DNA from: Eledone cirrhosa
Lineage: Eukaryota
Direction: 5' to 3'
NCBI GenBank assembly: GCA_964016885.1
Contig: OZ024743.1
Span: 132,866,001-132,930,000, forward strand
DNA length: 64,000 nt
Part shown: positions 26,001 through 36,549 of the stretch, piece by piece
Layout: every line of letters begins with the position of its first letter
Numbering within the stretch: position 1 is the first letter of the stretch
Notes under the pieces: generated by a model
What the model was told of the DNA's origin: nothing
The model's database searches: none
What the model saw: the letters and a program-made list of their open reading frames with translations, nothing else
Program-made: the position numbers and the translations under genes

Positions 26001-27900
26001 GCTAGGTGCTTGGTGTTTGGTGCTTGGTGCTTGGTGTGTGGTGCCTGGTGCTTGGTGTTTGGTGTTTGGTGTTTGGTGCTTGGTGCTTGGTGTTTGCTGT
26101 TTGCTGTTTGCTGTTTGGTGTTTGTTGTTTGGTGTTTGTTGTTTGGTGTTTGCTGTTTGGTGTTTGGTGTTTGCTTTTTGGTGTTTGGTGTTTGCTGTAT
26201 GTTGTTTGCTGTTTGGTGTTTGGTGTTTGGTGTTTGGTGCTTGGTGCTTGCTGCTGGCTGCTTGGTGTTTGATGCATGGTGATTTGTGCTTGGTGTTTGG
26301 TGCTTGGTGCTTGGTGCTTGGTGTTTGGTGCTTGGTGTTTGGTGTTTGGTGCTTGGTTATTGGTGTTTCTACTTGGTGCTTGGTGCTTGGTTCTTGGTAT
26401 TTGGTGCTTGGTGCTTGGTGTTTGGTGTTATATGCTTGGTGTTTGATGCTTGGTGCTTGGTGCTTGGTGTTTGGTGTTTGGTGTTTGATGCTTGGTGCTT
26501 GGTGTTTGGTGCTTGGTGCTTGGTGTTTGTACTTGGTGCTTGGTGCTTGGTGTTAGGTGTTTGGTGCTTGGTGTTTGGTGCTTGGTGTTTGGTGCTTGGT
26601 GCTTGGTGCTTGGTGTTTGGTGGTTGGTGTTTGGTGCTTGGTGTTTGGTGCTTGGTGTTACGTGTTTGGTGCTTGGTGCTTGGTGTTTGGTGTTTGGTGC
26701 TTGGTGTTTGGTGTTTGGTGCTTGGTGTTTGGTGCTTGCTGCTGGCTGCTTGGTGTTTGGTGCTTGGTGATTGGTGCTTGGTGTTTGGTGTTTGGTGCTA
26801 GATGCTTGGTGTTTGGTGCTTGGTGCTTGGTGTTTGGTGCTTGGTGCTTGGTGTTTGGTGCTTGGTGTTTGGTGCTTGGTGTTTGGTGCTTGGTGCTTGG
26901 TGCTTGGTGTTTGGTGCTTGGTGTTTGGTGCTTGGTGTTAGGTGTTTGGTGCTTGGTGCTTGGTGTTTGGTGTTTGGTGCTTGGTGTTTGGTGTTTGGTG
27001 TTATATGCTTGGTGTTTGATGCTTGGTGCTTGGTGCTTGGTGTTTGGTGCTTGGTGTTTGATGCTTGGTGCTTGGTGCTTGGTGTTTGGTGCTTGGTGCT
27101 TGGTGTTTGTACTTGGTGCTTGGTGCTTGGTTCTTGGTGTTTGGTTCTTGGTGTTTGGTGTTTGGTGCTTGGTGTTTGGTGTTTGGTGTTATATGCTTGG
27201 TGTTTGATGCTTGGTGCTTGGTGCTTGGTGTTTGGTGCTTGGTGTTTGATGCTTGGTGCTTGGTGCTTGGTGTTTGGTGCTTGGTGCTTGGTGTTTGTAC
27301 TTGGTGCCTGGTGCTTGGTTCTTGGTGTTTGGTGCTTGGTGCTTGGTGTTTGGTGCTTGGTGCTTGGTGTTTGGTGCTTGGTGTTTGGTGCTTGGTGTTT
27401 GGTGCTTGGTGCTTGGTGCTTAGTGCTTGGTGTTTGGTGCTTGGTGTTAGGTGTTTGGTGCTTGGTGCTTGGTGTTTGGTGTTTGGTGCTTGGTGTTTGG
27501 TGCTTGGTGTTTGGTGTTAGGTGTTTGGTGCTTGGTGTTTGGTGTTTGGTTCTTGGTGTTTGGTGCTTGGTGTTTGGTGCTTGGTGTTTGGTGCTTGGTA
27601 CTTGGTGCTTGGTGCTTCGTGTTAGGTGTTTGGTGCTTGGTGCTTGGTGTTTGCTTTTTGGTGCTTGGTGCTTGGTGTTTGGTGTTTGGTGCTTGCTGCT
27701 GGCTGCTTGGTGTTTGATGCTTGGTGATTGGTGCTTGGTGTTTTGTGCTTGGTGTTTGGTGTTTGGTGCTAGGTGCTTGGTGTTTGGTGCTTGGTGCTTG
27801 GTGCTTGGTGTTTGGTGTTTGGTTTTAGGTGCTTGGTGCTTGGTGTTTGGTGCTTGGTGCTGGGTGGTTGGTGTTTAGTGCTTGGTGTTTGGTGCTGGGT
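14050..27900 (+). repeat. Dimeric higher-order repeat of about 6.2-6.4 kb built from alternating 3.1-3.3 kb subunits
   Basis: Offsets 6228 (15469/21697, 16169/22397, 17297/23525) then 6381 (17793/24174, 18385/24766, 19905/26286, 20684/27065); related subunit starts at 14048, 17297, 20421, 23525 and 26802. Confidence 0.9.
14290..14620 (+). repeat. 188-bp tandem duplication (TATATGC...TTGTAC module); also at about 20.6, 23.7 and 27.0 kb
   Basis: TATATGC pairs 188 bp apart (first A at 14304/14492, 20622/20810, 23726/23914, 27003/27191); 188 = 27x7-1. Confidence 0.85.
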
Positions 27901-28829
27901 GCTTGGTGTTTGGTGCTTGGTGCTTGGTCTTTGGTGCTTGGTGTTTGGTGTTTGGTGCTTGGTGCTTGGTGCTTGGTGTTTGGTGCTTGGTGCTTGGTGT
28001 TTGGTGCTTGGTGCTTAGTGTTTGGTGCTTGGTGCTTAGTGTTTGGTGTTTGGTGCTTGGTGCTTGGTGTTTGGTGCTTACTGTTTGGTGCTTGGTGCTT
28101 GGTGTTTGGTGTTTGCTGTTTGCTGTTTGGTGTTTGTTGTTTGGTGTTTGTTGTTTGGTGTTTGCTGTTTGGTGTTTGGTGTTTGCTTTTTGGTGTTTGG
28201 TGTTTGCTGTATGTTGTTTGGTGTTTGGTGTTTGGTGTTTGGTGTTTGGTGCTTGTTGCTTGGTGTTTGGTGCTTGGTGCTTGGTGTTTGGTGCCTGGTG
28301 CTTGGTGCTTGGTGCTTGGTGTTTGGTGTTTGGTGCTTGGTGCTTGGAGTTTGGTGTTTGGTGCTTGGTGCTTGGTGTTTCGTGTTTCGTGTTTGGTTTT
28401 TGGTGCTTGGTGCTTGGTGCTTGGTCCTTGATGTTTGGTGCTGGGTGCATTGTGTTTGGTGCTTGGTGCTTGGTGCTTGGTGTTTGGTGTTTGCTGCTTG
28501 GTGTTTGATGCTTGGTGCTTGGTGGTTGGTGTTTTGTGTTTGTTGCTTGGTGCTTGGTGTTTGGTGCTTGGTGCTTGGTGCTTGGTGTTTGTACTTGGTG
28601 CTTGGTGATTGGTGTTTGGTTCTTGGTTCTTGGTGTTTGGTGTTTGGCGTTTGGTGTTTGGTGCTTGGTGCTTGGTGTTTGGTGCTTGGTGCTTGGTGTT
28701 TGGTGCCTGGTGCTTGGTGCTTGGTGCTTGGTGTTTGGTGTTTGGTGCTTGGTGCTTGGAGTTTGGTGTTTGGTGCTTGGTGCTTGGTGTTTCGTGTTTC
28801 GTGTTTGGTTTTTGGTGCTTGGTGCTTGG

Positions 28830-31800
28830 TGCTTGGTCCTTGCTGTTTGGTGCTGGGTGCATTGTGTTTGGTGCTTGGTGCTTGGTGCTTGGTGTTTGGT
28901 GTTTGCTGCTTGGTGTTTGATGCTTGGTGCTTGGTGCTTGGTGTTTTGTGTTTGGTGCTTGGTGCTTGGTGTTTGGTGCTTGGTGCTTGGTGCTTGGTGT
29001 TTGTACTTGGTGCTTGGTGTTTGGTTCTTGGTTCTTGGTGTTTGGTGTTTGGCGTTTGGTGTTTGGTGCTTGGTGCTTGGTGTTTGGTGCTTGGTGCTTG
29101 GTGTTTGGTGCCTGGTGCTTGCTGCTTGGTGCTTGGTGTTTGGTGTTTGGTGCTTGGTGCTTGGTGCTTGGAGTTTGGTGTTTGGTGCTTGGTGCTTTGT
29201 GTTTTGTGTTTGGTGTTTGGTTTTTGGTGCTTGGTGCTTGGTCCTTGGTGTTTGGTGCTGGGTGCTTTGTGTTTGGTGCTTGGTGCTTGGTGTTTGGTGT
29301 TTGCTGCTTGGTGTTTGATACTTGGTGCTTGGTGCTTGGTGTTTTGTGTTTGGTGCTTGGTGTTTGTACTTGGTGCTTGGTGCTTGGTGTTTGGTTCTTG
29401 GTTCTTGGTGTTTGGTACTTGGTGCTGGGTGCTTGATGTTTGGTGTTTGGTGCTTGGTGTTTGGTGCTTGGTGCTTGGTGCTTGGTGTTAGGTGTTTGGT
29501 GCTTGGTCCTTGGTGTTTGGTGCTTGGTGTTTGGTGTTTGCTGTTTGGTGTTTGGTGTTTGGTGTTTGCTGTTTGGTGTCTGCTATTTGGTGTTCAGTGT
29601 TTGCTGTATGGTGTTTGGTGTTTGCTGTTTGGTGTTTGGTCTTTGGTGCTTGGTGTTTGGTGCTTGGTGCTTGGTGTTTGGTGTTTGGTGTTTGGTGCTT
29701 GGTGTTTGGTGTTTGGTGCTTGGTGTTTGGTGTTTGGTGCTTGGTGTCTGGTGCTTGGTGTTTGGTTTTTGGTGCTTGGTGTTTGGTGTTTCGTGTTTGG
29801 TGTTTGGTGTGTAGTGCTTGGTGCTTGGTGTTTGGTGTTTCGTGTTTGGTGCTTGGTGTCTGGTGCTTGGTGTTTGGTGTTTGGTGTTTGGTGTTTGGTG
29901 TTTGGTGTTTGGTGCTTGGTGCTTGGTGCGTGGTGTTTGGTGTTTGGTGCTTGGTGTTTGGTGCTTGGTGCTGGGTGGTTGGTGTTTGGTGCTTGGTGTT
30001 TGGTTTTTGGTGTTTGATGCTTGGTGCTTGGTGTTTGGTGATTGGTGCTTGGTGCTTGGTGCTTGGTGCTTGGTGTTTGGTGCTTGGTGCTTGGTGTTTG
30101 GTGCTTGGTGCTTGGTGTTTGGTTTTTGGTGCTTGGTGTTTGGTGTTTGGTGTTTGGTGCTTGCTGCTGGCTGCTTGGTGTTTGATGCATGGTGATTTGT
30201 GCTTGGTGATTGGTGTTTGTACTTGGTGCTTGGTGCTTGGTTCTTGGTGTTTGGTGCTTGGTGCTTGGTGTTTGGTGTTATATGCTTGGTGTTTGATGCT
30301 TGGTGCTTGGTGCTTGGTGTTTGGTGTTTGGTGTTTGATGCTTGGTGCTTGGTGTTTGGTGCTTGTTGCTTGGTGTTTGTACTTGGTGCTTGGTGCTTGG
30401 TGCTTGGTGTTTGGTGCTTGGTGTTTGGTGCTTGGTGCTTGGTGCTTGGTCCTTGGTGCTTGGTGTTTGGTGGTTGGTGTTTGGTGGTTGGTGTTAGGTG
30501 TTTGGTGCTTGGTGCTTGGTGTTTGGTGTTTGGTGCTTGGTGTTTGGTGTTTGGTGCTTGGTGTTTGGTGCTTGGTACTTGGTGCTTGGTGCTTGGTGTT
30601 AGGTGTTTGGTGCTTGGTGTTTGGTGCTTGGTGTTTGGTGCTTGGTGCTTGGTGCTTGGTGCTTGGTGTTTGGTGGTTGGTGTTTGGTGCTTGGTGTTTG
30701 GTGCTTGGTGTTACGTGTTTGGTGCTTGGTGCTTGGTGTTCGGTGTTTGGTGCTTGGTGTTTGGTGTTTGGTGCTTGGTGTTTGGTGCTTTTTGCTTGGT
30801 GCTTGGTGCTTGGTGTTTGGTGCTGGGTGCTTGGTGCTTGGTGTTTGGTGTTATATGCTTGGTGTTTGATGCTTGGTGCTTGGTGCTTGGTGTTTGGTGT
30901 TTGGTGCATGGTGTTTGATGCTTGGTGCTTGGTGCTTGGTGTTTGGTGCTTGGTGCTTGGTCCTTGCTGTTTGGTGCTGGGTGCATTGTGTTTGGTGCTT
31001 GGTGCTTGGTGCTTGGTGTTTGGTGTTTGCTGCTTGGTGTTTGATGCTTGGTGCTTGGTGCTTGGTGTTTTGTGTTTGGTGCTTGGTGCTTGGTGTTTGG
31101 TGCTTGGTGCTTGGTGCTTGGTGTTTGTACTTGGTGCTTGGTGTTTGGTTCTTGGTTCTTGGTGTTTGGTGTTTGGCGTTTGGTGTTTGGTGCTTGGTGC
31201 TTGGTGTTTGGTGCTTGGTGCTTGGTGTTTGGTGCCTGGTGCTTGCTGCTTGGTGCTTGGTGTTTGGTGTTTGGTGCTTGGTGCTTGGTGCTTGGAGTTT
31301 GGTGTTTGGTGCTTGGTGCTTTGTGTTTTGTGTTTGGTGTTTGGTTTTTGGTGCTTGGTGCTTGGTCCTTGGTGTTTGGTGCTGGGTGCTTTGTGTTTGG
31401 TGCTTGGTGCTTGGTGTTTGGTGTTTGCTGCTTGGTGTTTGATACTTGGTGCTTGGTGCTTGGTGTTTTGTGTTTGGTGCTTGGTGTTTGTACTTGGTGC
31501 TTGGTGCTTGGTGTTTGGTTCTTGGTTCTTGGTGTTTGGTACTTGGTGCTGGGTGCTTGATGTTTGGTGTTTGGTGCTTGGTGTTTGGTGCTTGGTGCTT
31601 GGTGCTTGGTGTTAGGTGTTTGGTGCTTGGTCCTTGGTGTTTGGTGCTTGGTGTTTGGTGTTTGCTGTTTGGTGTTTGGTGTTTGGTGTTTGCTGTTTGG
31701 TGTCTGCTATTTGGTGTTCAGTGTTTGCTGTATGGTGTTTGGTGTTTGCTGTTTGGTGTTTGGTCTTTGGTGCTTGGTGTTTGGTGCTTGGTGCTTGGTG

Positions 31801-33080
31801 TTTGGTGTTTGGTGTTTGGTGCTTGGTGTTTGGTGTTTGGTGCTTGGTGTTTGGTGTTTGGTGCTTGGTGTCTGGTGCTTGGTGTTTGGTTTTTGGTGCT
31901 TGGTGTTTGGTGTTTCGTGTTTGGTGTTTGGTGTGTAGTGCTTGGTGCTTGGTGTTTGGTGTTTCGTGTTTGGTGCTTGGTGTCTGGTGCTTGGTGTTTG
32001 GTGTTTGGTGTTTGGTGTTTGGTGTTTGGTGTTTGGTGCTTGGTGCTTGGTGCGTGGTGTTTGGTGTTTGGTGCTTGGTGTTTGGTGCTTGGTGCTGGGT
32101 GGTTGGTGTTTGGTGCTTGGTGTTTGGTTTTTGGTGTTTGATGCTTGGTGCTTGGTGTTTGGTGATTGGTGCTTGGTGCTTGGTGCTTGGTGCTTGGTGT
32201 TTGGTGCTTGGTGCTTGGTGTTTGGTGCTTGGTGCTTGGTGTTTGGTTTTTGGTGCTTGGTGTTTGGTGTTTGGTGTTTGGTGCTTGCTGCTGGCTGCTT
32301 GGTGTTTGATGCATGGTGATTTGTGCTTGGTGATTGGTGTTTGTACTTGGTGCTTGGTGCTTGGTTCTTGGTGTTTGGTGCTTGGTGCTTGGTGTTTGGT
32401 GTTATATGCTTGGTGTTTGATGCTTGGTGCTTGGTGCTTGGTGTTTGGTGTTTGGTGTTTGATGTTTGGTGCTTGGTGTTTGGTGCTTGTTGCTTGGTGT
32501 TTGTACTTGGTGCTTGGTGCTTGGTGCTTGGTGTTTGGTGCTTGGTGTTTGGTGCTTGGTGCTTGGTGCTTGGTCCTTGGTGCTTGGTGTTTGGTGGTTG
32601 GTGTTTGGTGGTTGGTGTTAGGTGTTTGGTGCTTGGTGCTTGGTGTTTGGTGTTTGGTGCTTGGTGTTTGGTGTTTGGTGCTTGGTGTTTGGTGCTTGGT
32701 ACTTGGTGCTTGGTGCTTGGTGTTAGGTGTTTGGTGCTTGGTGTTTGGTGCTTGGTGTTTGGTGCTTGGTGCTTGGTGCTTGGTGCTTGGTGTTTGGTGG
32801 TTGGTGTTTGGTGCTTGGTGTTTGGTGCTTGGTGTTACGTGTTTGGTGCTTGGTGCTTGGTGTTCGGTGTTTGGTGCTTGGTGTTTGGTGTTTGGTGCTT
32901 GGTGTTTGGTGCTTTTTGCTTGGTGCTTGGTGCTTGGTGTTTGGTGCTGGGTGCTTGGTGCTTGGTGTTTGGTGTTATATGCTTGGTGTTTGATGCTTGG
33001 TGCTTGGTGCTTGGTGTTTGGTGTTTGGTGCATGGTGTTTGATGCTTGGTGCTTGGTGCTTGGTGTTTGGTGCTTGGTGC
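28830..33080 (+). repeat. 2124-bp tandem duplication
   Basis: Constant 2124 offset: ORFs 28924/31048, 29322/31446, 30199/32323, 30603/32727; marker GGTCCTTGCTG at about 28836/30960; markers TGTAGTG and GCTATTTGGTGTTCAGTG in both copies. Confidence 0.93.
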
Positions 33081-33279
33081 TTGGTGTTTGGTGCTTGGTG
33101 CTTGGTGTTTGGTGCTTGGTGTTTGGTGCTTGGTGTATGGTGCTTGGTGCTTGGTGCTTGGTGCTTGGTGTTTGGTGCTTGGTGTTTGGTGCTTGGTGCT
33201 TGGTGCTTGGTGCTTGGTGCTTGGTGTTTGGTGGTTGGTGTTTGGTGCTTGGTGTTAGGTGTTTGGTGCTTGGTGCTTG

Positions 33280-36180
33280 GTGTTTGTTGTTTGGTGTTTG
33301 CTGTTTGGTGTTTGGTGTTTGCTTTTTGGTGTTTGGTGTTTGCTGTATGTTGTTTGGTGTTTGGTGTTTGGTGTTTGGTGTTTGGTGCTTGTTGCTTGGT
33401 GTTTGGTGCTTGGTGCTTGGTGTTTGGTGCCTGGTGCTTGGTGCTTGGTGCTTGGTGTTTGGTGTTTGGTGCTTGGTGCTTGGAGTTTGGTGTTTGGTGC
33501 TTGGTGCTTGGTGTTTCGTGTTTCGTGTTTGGTTTTTGGTGCTTGGTGCTTGGTGCTTGGTCCTTGATGTTTGGTGCTGGGTGCATTGTGTTTGGTGCTT
33601 GGTGCTTGGTGCTTGGTGTTTGGTGTTTGCTGCTTGGTGTTTGATGCTTGGTGCTTGGTGGTTGGTGTTTTGTGTTTGTTGCTTGGTGCTTGGTGTTTGG
33701 TGCTTGGTGCTTGGTGCTTGGTGTTTGTACTTGGTGCTTGGTGATTGGTGTTTGGTTCTTGGTTCTTGGTGTTTGGTGTTTGGCGTTTGGTGTTTGGTGC
33801 TTGGTGCTTGGTGTTTGGTGCTTGGTGCTTGGTGTTTGGTGCCTGGTGCTTGGTGCTTGGTGCTTGGTGTTTGGTGTTTGGTGCTTGGTGCTTGGAGTTT
33901 GGTGTTTGGTGCTTGGTGCTTGGTGTTTCGTGTTTCGTGTTTGGTTTTTGGTGCTTGGTGCTTGGTGCTTGGTCCTTGCTGTTTGGTGCTGGGTGCATTG
34001 TGTTTGGTGCTTGGTGCTTGGTGCTTGGTGTTTGGTGTTTGCTGCTTGGTGTTTGATGCTTGGTGCTTGGTGCTTGGTGTTTGGCGTTTGGTGTTTGGTG
34101 CTTGGTGCTTGGTGTTTGGTGCTTGGTGCTTGGTGTTTGGTGCCTGGTGCTTGCTGCTTGGTGCTTGGTGTTTGGTGTTTGGTGCTTGGTGCTTGGTGCT
34201 TGGAGTTTGGTGTTTGGTGCTTGGTGCTTTGTGTTTTGTGTTTGGTGTTTGGTTTTTGGTGCTTGGTGCTTGGTCCTTGGTGTTTGGTGCTGGGTGCTTT
34301 GTGTTTGGTGCTTGGTGCTTGGTGTTTGGTGTTTGCTGCTTGGTGTTTGATACTTGGTGCTTGGTGCTTGGTGTTTTGTGTTTGGTGCTTGGTGTTTGTA
34401 CTTGGTGCTTGGTGCTTGGTGTTTGGTTCTTGGTTCTTGGTGTTTGGTACTTGGTGCTGGGTGCTTGATGTTTGGTGTTTGGTGCTTGGTGTTTGGTGCT
34501 TGGTGCTTGGTGCTTGGTGTTAGGTGTTTGGTGCTTGGTCCTTGGTGTTTGGTGCTTGGTGTTTGGTGTTTGCTGTTTGGTGTTTGGTGTTTGGTGTTTG
34601 CTGTTTGGTGTCTGCTATTTGGTGTTCAGTGTTTGCTGTATGGTGTTTGGTGTTTGCTGTTTGGTGTTTGGTCTTTGGTGCTTGGTGTTTGGTGCTTGGT
34701 GCTTGGTGTTTGGTGTTTGGTGTTTGGTGCTTGGTGTTTGGTGTTTGGTGCTTGGTGTTTGGTGTTTGGTGCTTGGTGTCTGGTGCTTGGTGTTTGGTTT
34801 TTGGTGCTTGGTGTTTGGTGTTTCGTGTTTGGTGTTTGGTGTGTAGTGCTTGGTGCTTGGTGTTTGGTGTTTCGTGTTTGGTGCTTGGTGTCTGGTGCTT
34901 GGTGTTTGGTGTTTGGTGTTTGGTGTTTGGTGTTTGGTGTTTGGTGCTTGGTGCTTGGTGCGTGGTGTTTGGTGTTTGGTGCTTGGTGTTTGGTGCTTGG
35001 TGCTGGGTGGTTGGCGTTTGGTGCTTGGTGTTTGGTTTTTGGTGTTTGATGCTTGGTGCTTGGTGTTTGGTGATTGGTGCTTGGTGCTTGGTGCTTGGTG
35101 CTTGGTGTTTGGTGCTTGGTGCTTGGTGTTTGGTGCTTGGTGCTTGGTGTTTGGTTTTTGGTGCTTGGTGTTTGGTGTTTGGTGTTTGGTGCTTGCTGCT
35201 GGCTGCTTGGTGTTTGATGCATGGTGATTTGTGCTTGGTGATTGGTGTTTGTACTTGGTGCTTGGTGCTTGGTTCTTGGTGTTTGGTGCTTGGTGCTTGG
35301 TGTTTGGTGTTATATGCTTGGTGTTTGATGCTTGGTGCTTGGTGCTTGGTGTTTGGTGTTTGGTGTTTGATGCTTGGTGCTTGGTGTTTGGTGCTTGTTG
35401 CTTGGTGTTTGTACTTGGTGCTTGGTGCTTGGTGCTTGGTGTTTGGTGCTTGGTGTTTGGTGCTTGGTGCTTGGTGCTTGGTCCTTGGTGCTTGGTGTTT
35501 GGTGGTTGGTGTTTGGTGGTTGGTGTTAGGTGTTTGGTGCTTGGTGCTTGGTGTTTGGTGTTTGGTGCTTGGTGTTTGGTGTTTGGTGCTTGGTGTTTGG
35601 TGCTTGGTACTTGGTGCTTGGTGCTTGGTGTTAGGTGTTTGGTGCTTGGTGTTTGGTGCTTGGTGTTTGGTGCTTGGTGCTTGGTGCTTGGTGCTTGGTG
35701 TTTGGTGGTTGGTGTTTGGTGCTTGGTGTTTGGTGCTTGGTGTTACGTGTTTGGTGCTTGGTGCTTGGTGTTCGGTGTTTGGTGCTTGGTGTTTGGTGTT
35801 TGGTGCTTGGTGTTTGGTGCTTTTTGCTTGGTGCTTGGTGCTTGGTGTTTGGTGCTGGGTGCTTGGTGCTTGGTGTTTGGTGTCATATGCTTGGTGTTTG
35901 ATGCTTGGTGCTTGGTGCTTGGTGTTTGGTGTTTGGTGCATGGTGTTTGATGCTTGGTGCTTGGTGCTTGGTGTTTGGTGCTTGGTGCTTGGTGTTTGGT
36001 GCTTGGTGCTTGGTGTTTGGTGCTTGGTGTTTGGTGCTTGGTGTATGGTGCTTGGTGCTTGGTGCTTGGTGCTTGGTGTTTGGTGCTTGGTGTTTGGTGC
36101 TTGGTGCTTGGTGCTTGGTGCTTGGTGCTTGGTGTTTGGTGGTTGGTGTTTGGTGCTTGGTGTTAGGTGTTTGGTGCTTG
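33280..36180 (+). repeat. Third copy of the 28-33 kb block (offset 2908 to second copy; 5136/5032 to first)
   Basis: ORFs 31446/34354, 31616/34524, 32323/35231, 33046/35954 (2908); 28512/33648, 28609/33745 (5136); 29322/34354 (5032). Confidence 0.9.
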
Positions 36181-36549
36181 GTGCTTGGTGTTTGGTGTTT
36201 GGTGCTTGGTGTTTGGTGTTTGGTGCTTGGTGTTTGGTGCTTGGTACTTGGTGCTTGGTGCTTGGTGTTAGGTGTTTGGTGCTTGGTGTTTGGTGCTTGG
36301 TGTTTGGTGGTTGGTGTTTGGTGCTTGGTGTTAGGTGTTTGGTGCTTGGTGCTTGGTGTTTGGTGCTTGGTGTTTGGTGCTTGGTGTTTGGTGCTTTTTG
36401 CTTGGTGCTTGGTGCTTGGTGTTTGGTGCTTGGTTCTTGGTGTTTGGTGCTGGGTGCTTGGTGTTTGGTGTTTGGTGTTATATGCTTGGTGTTTGATGCT
36501 TGGTGCTTGGTGCTTGGTGTTTGTTGTTTGGTGCTTGGTGTTTGATGCT

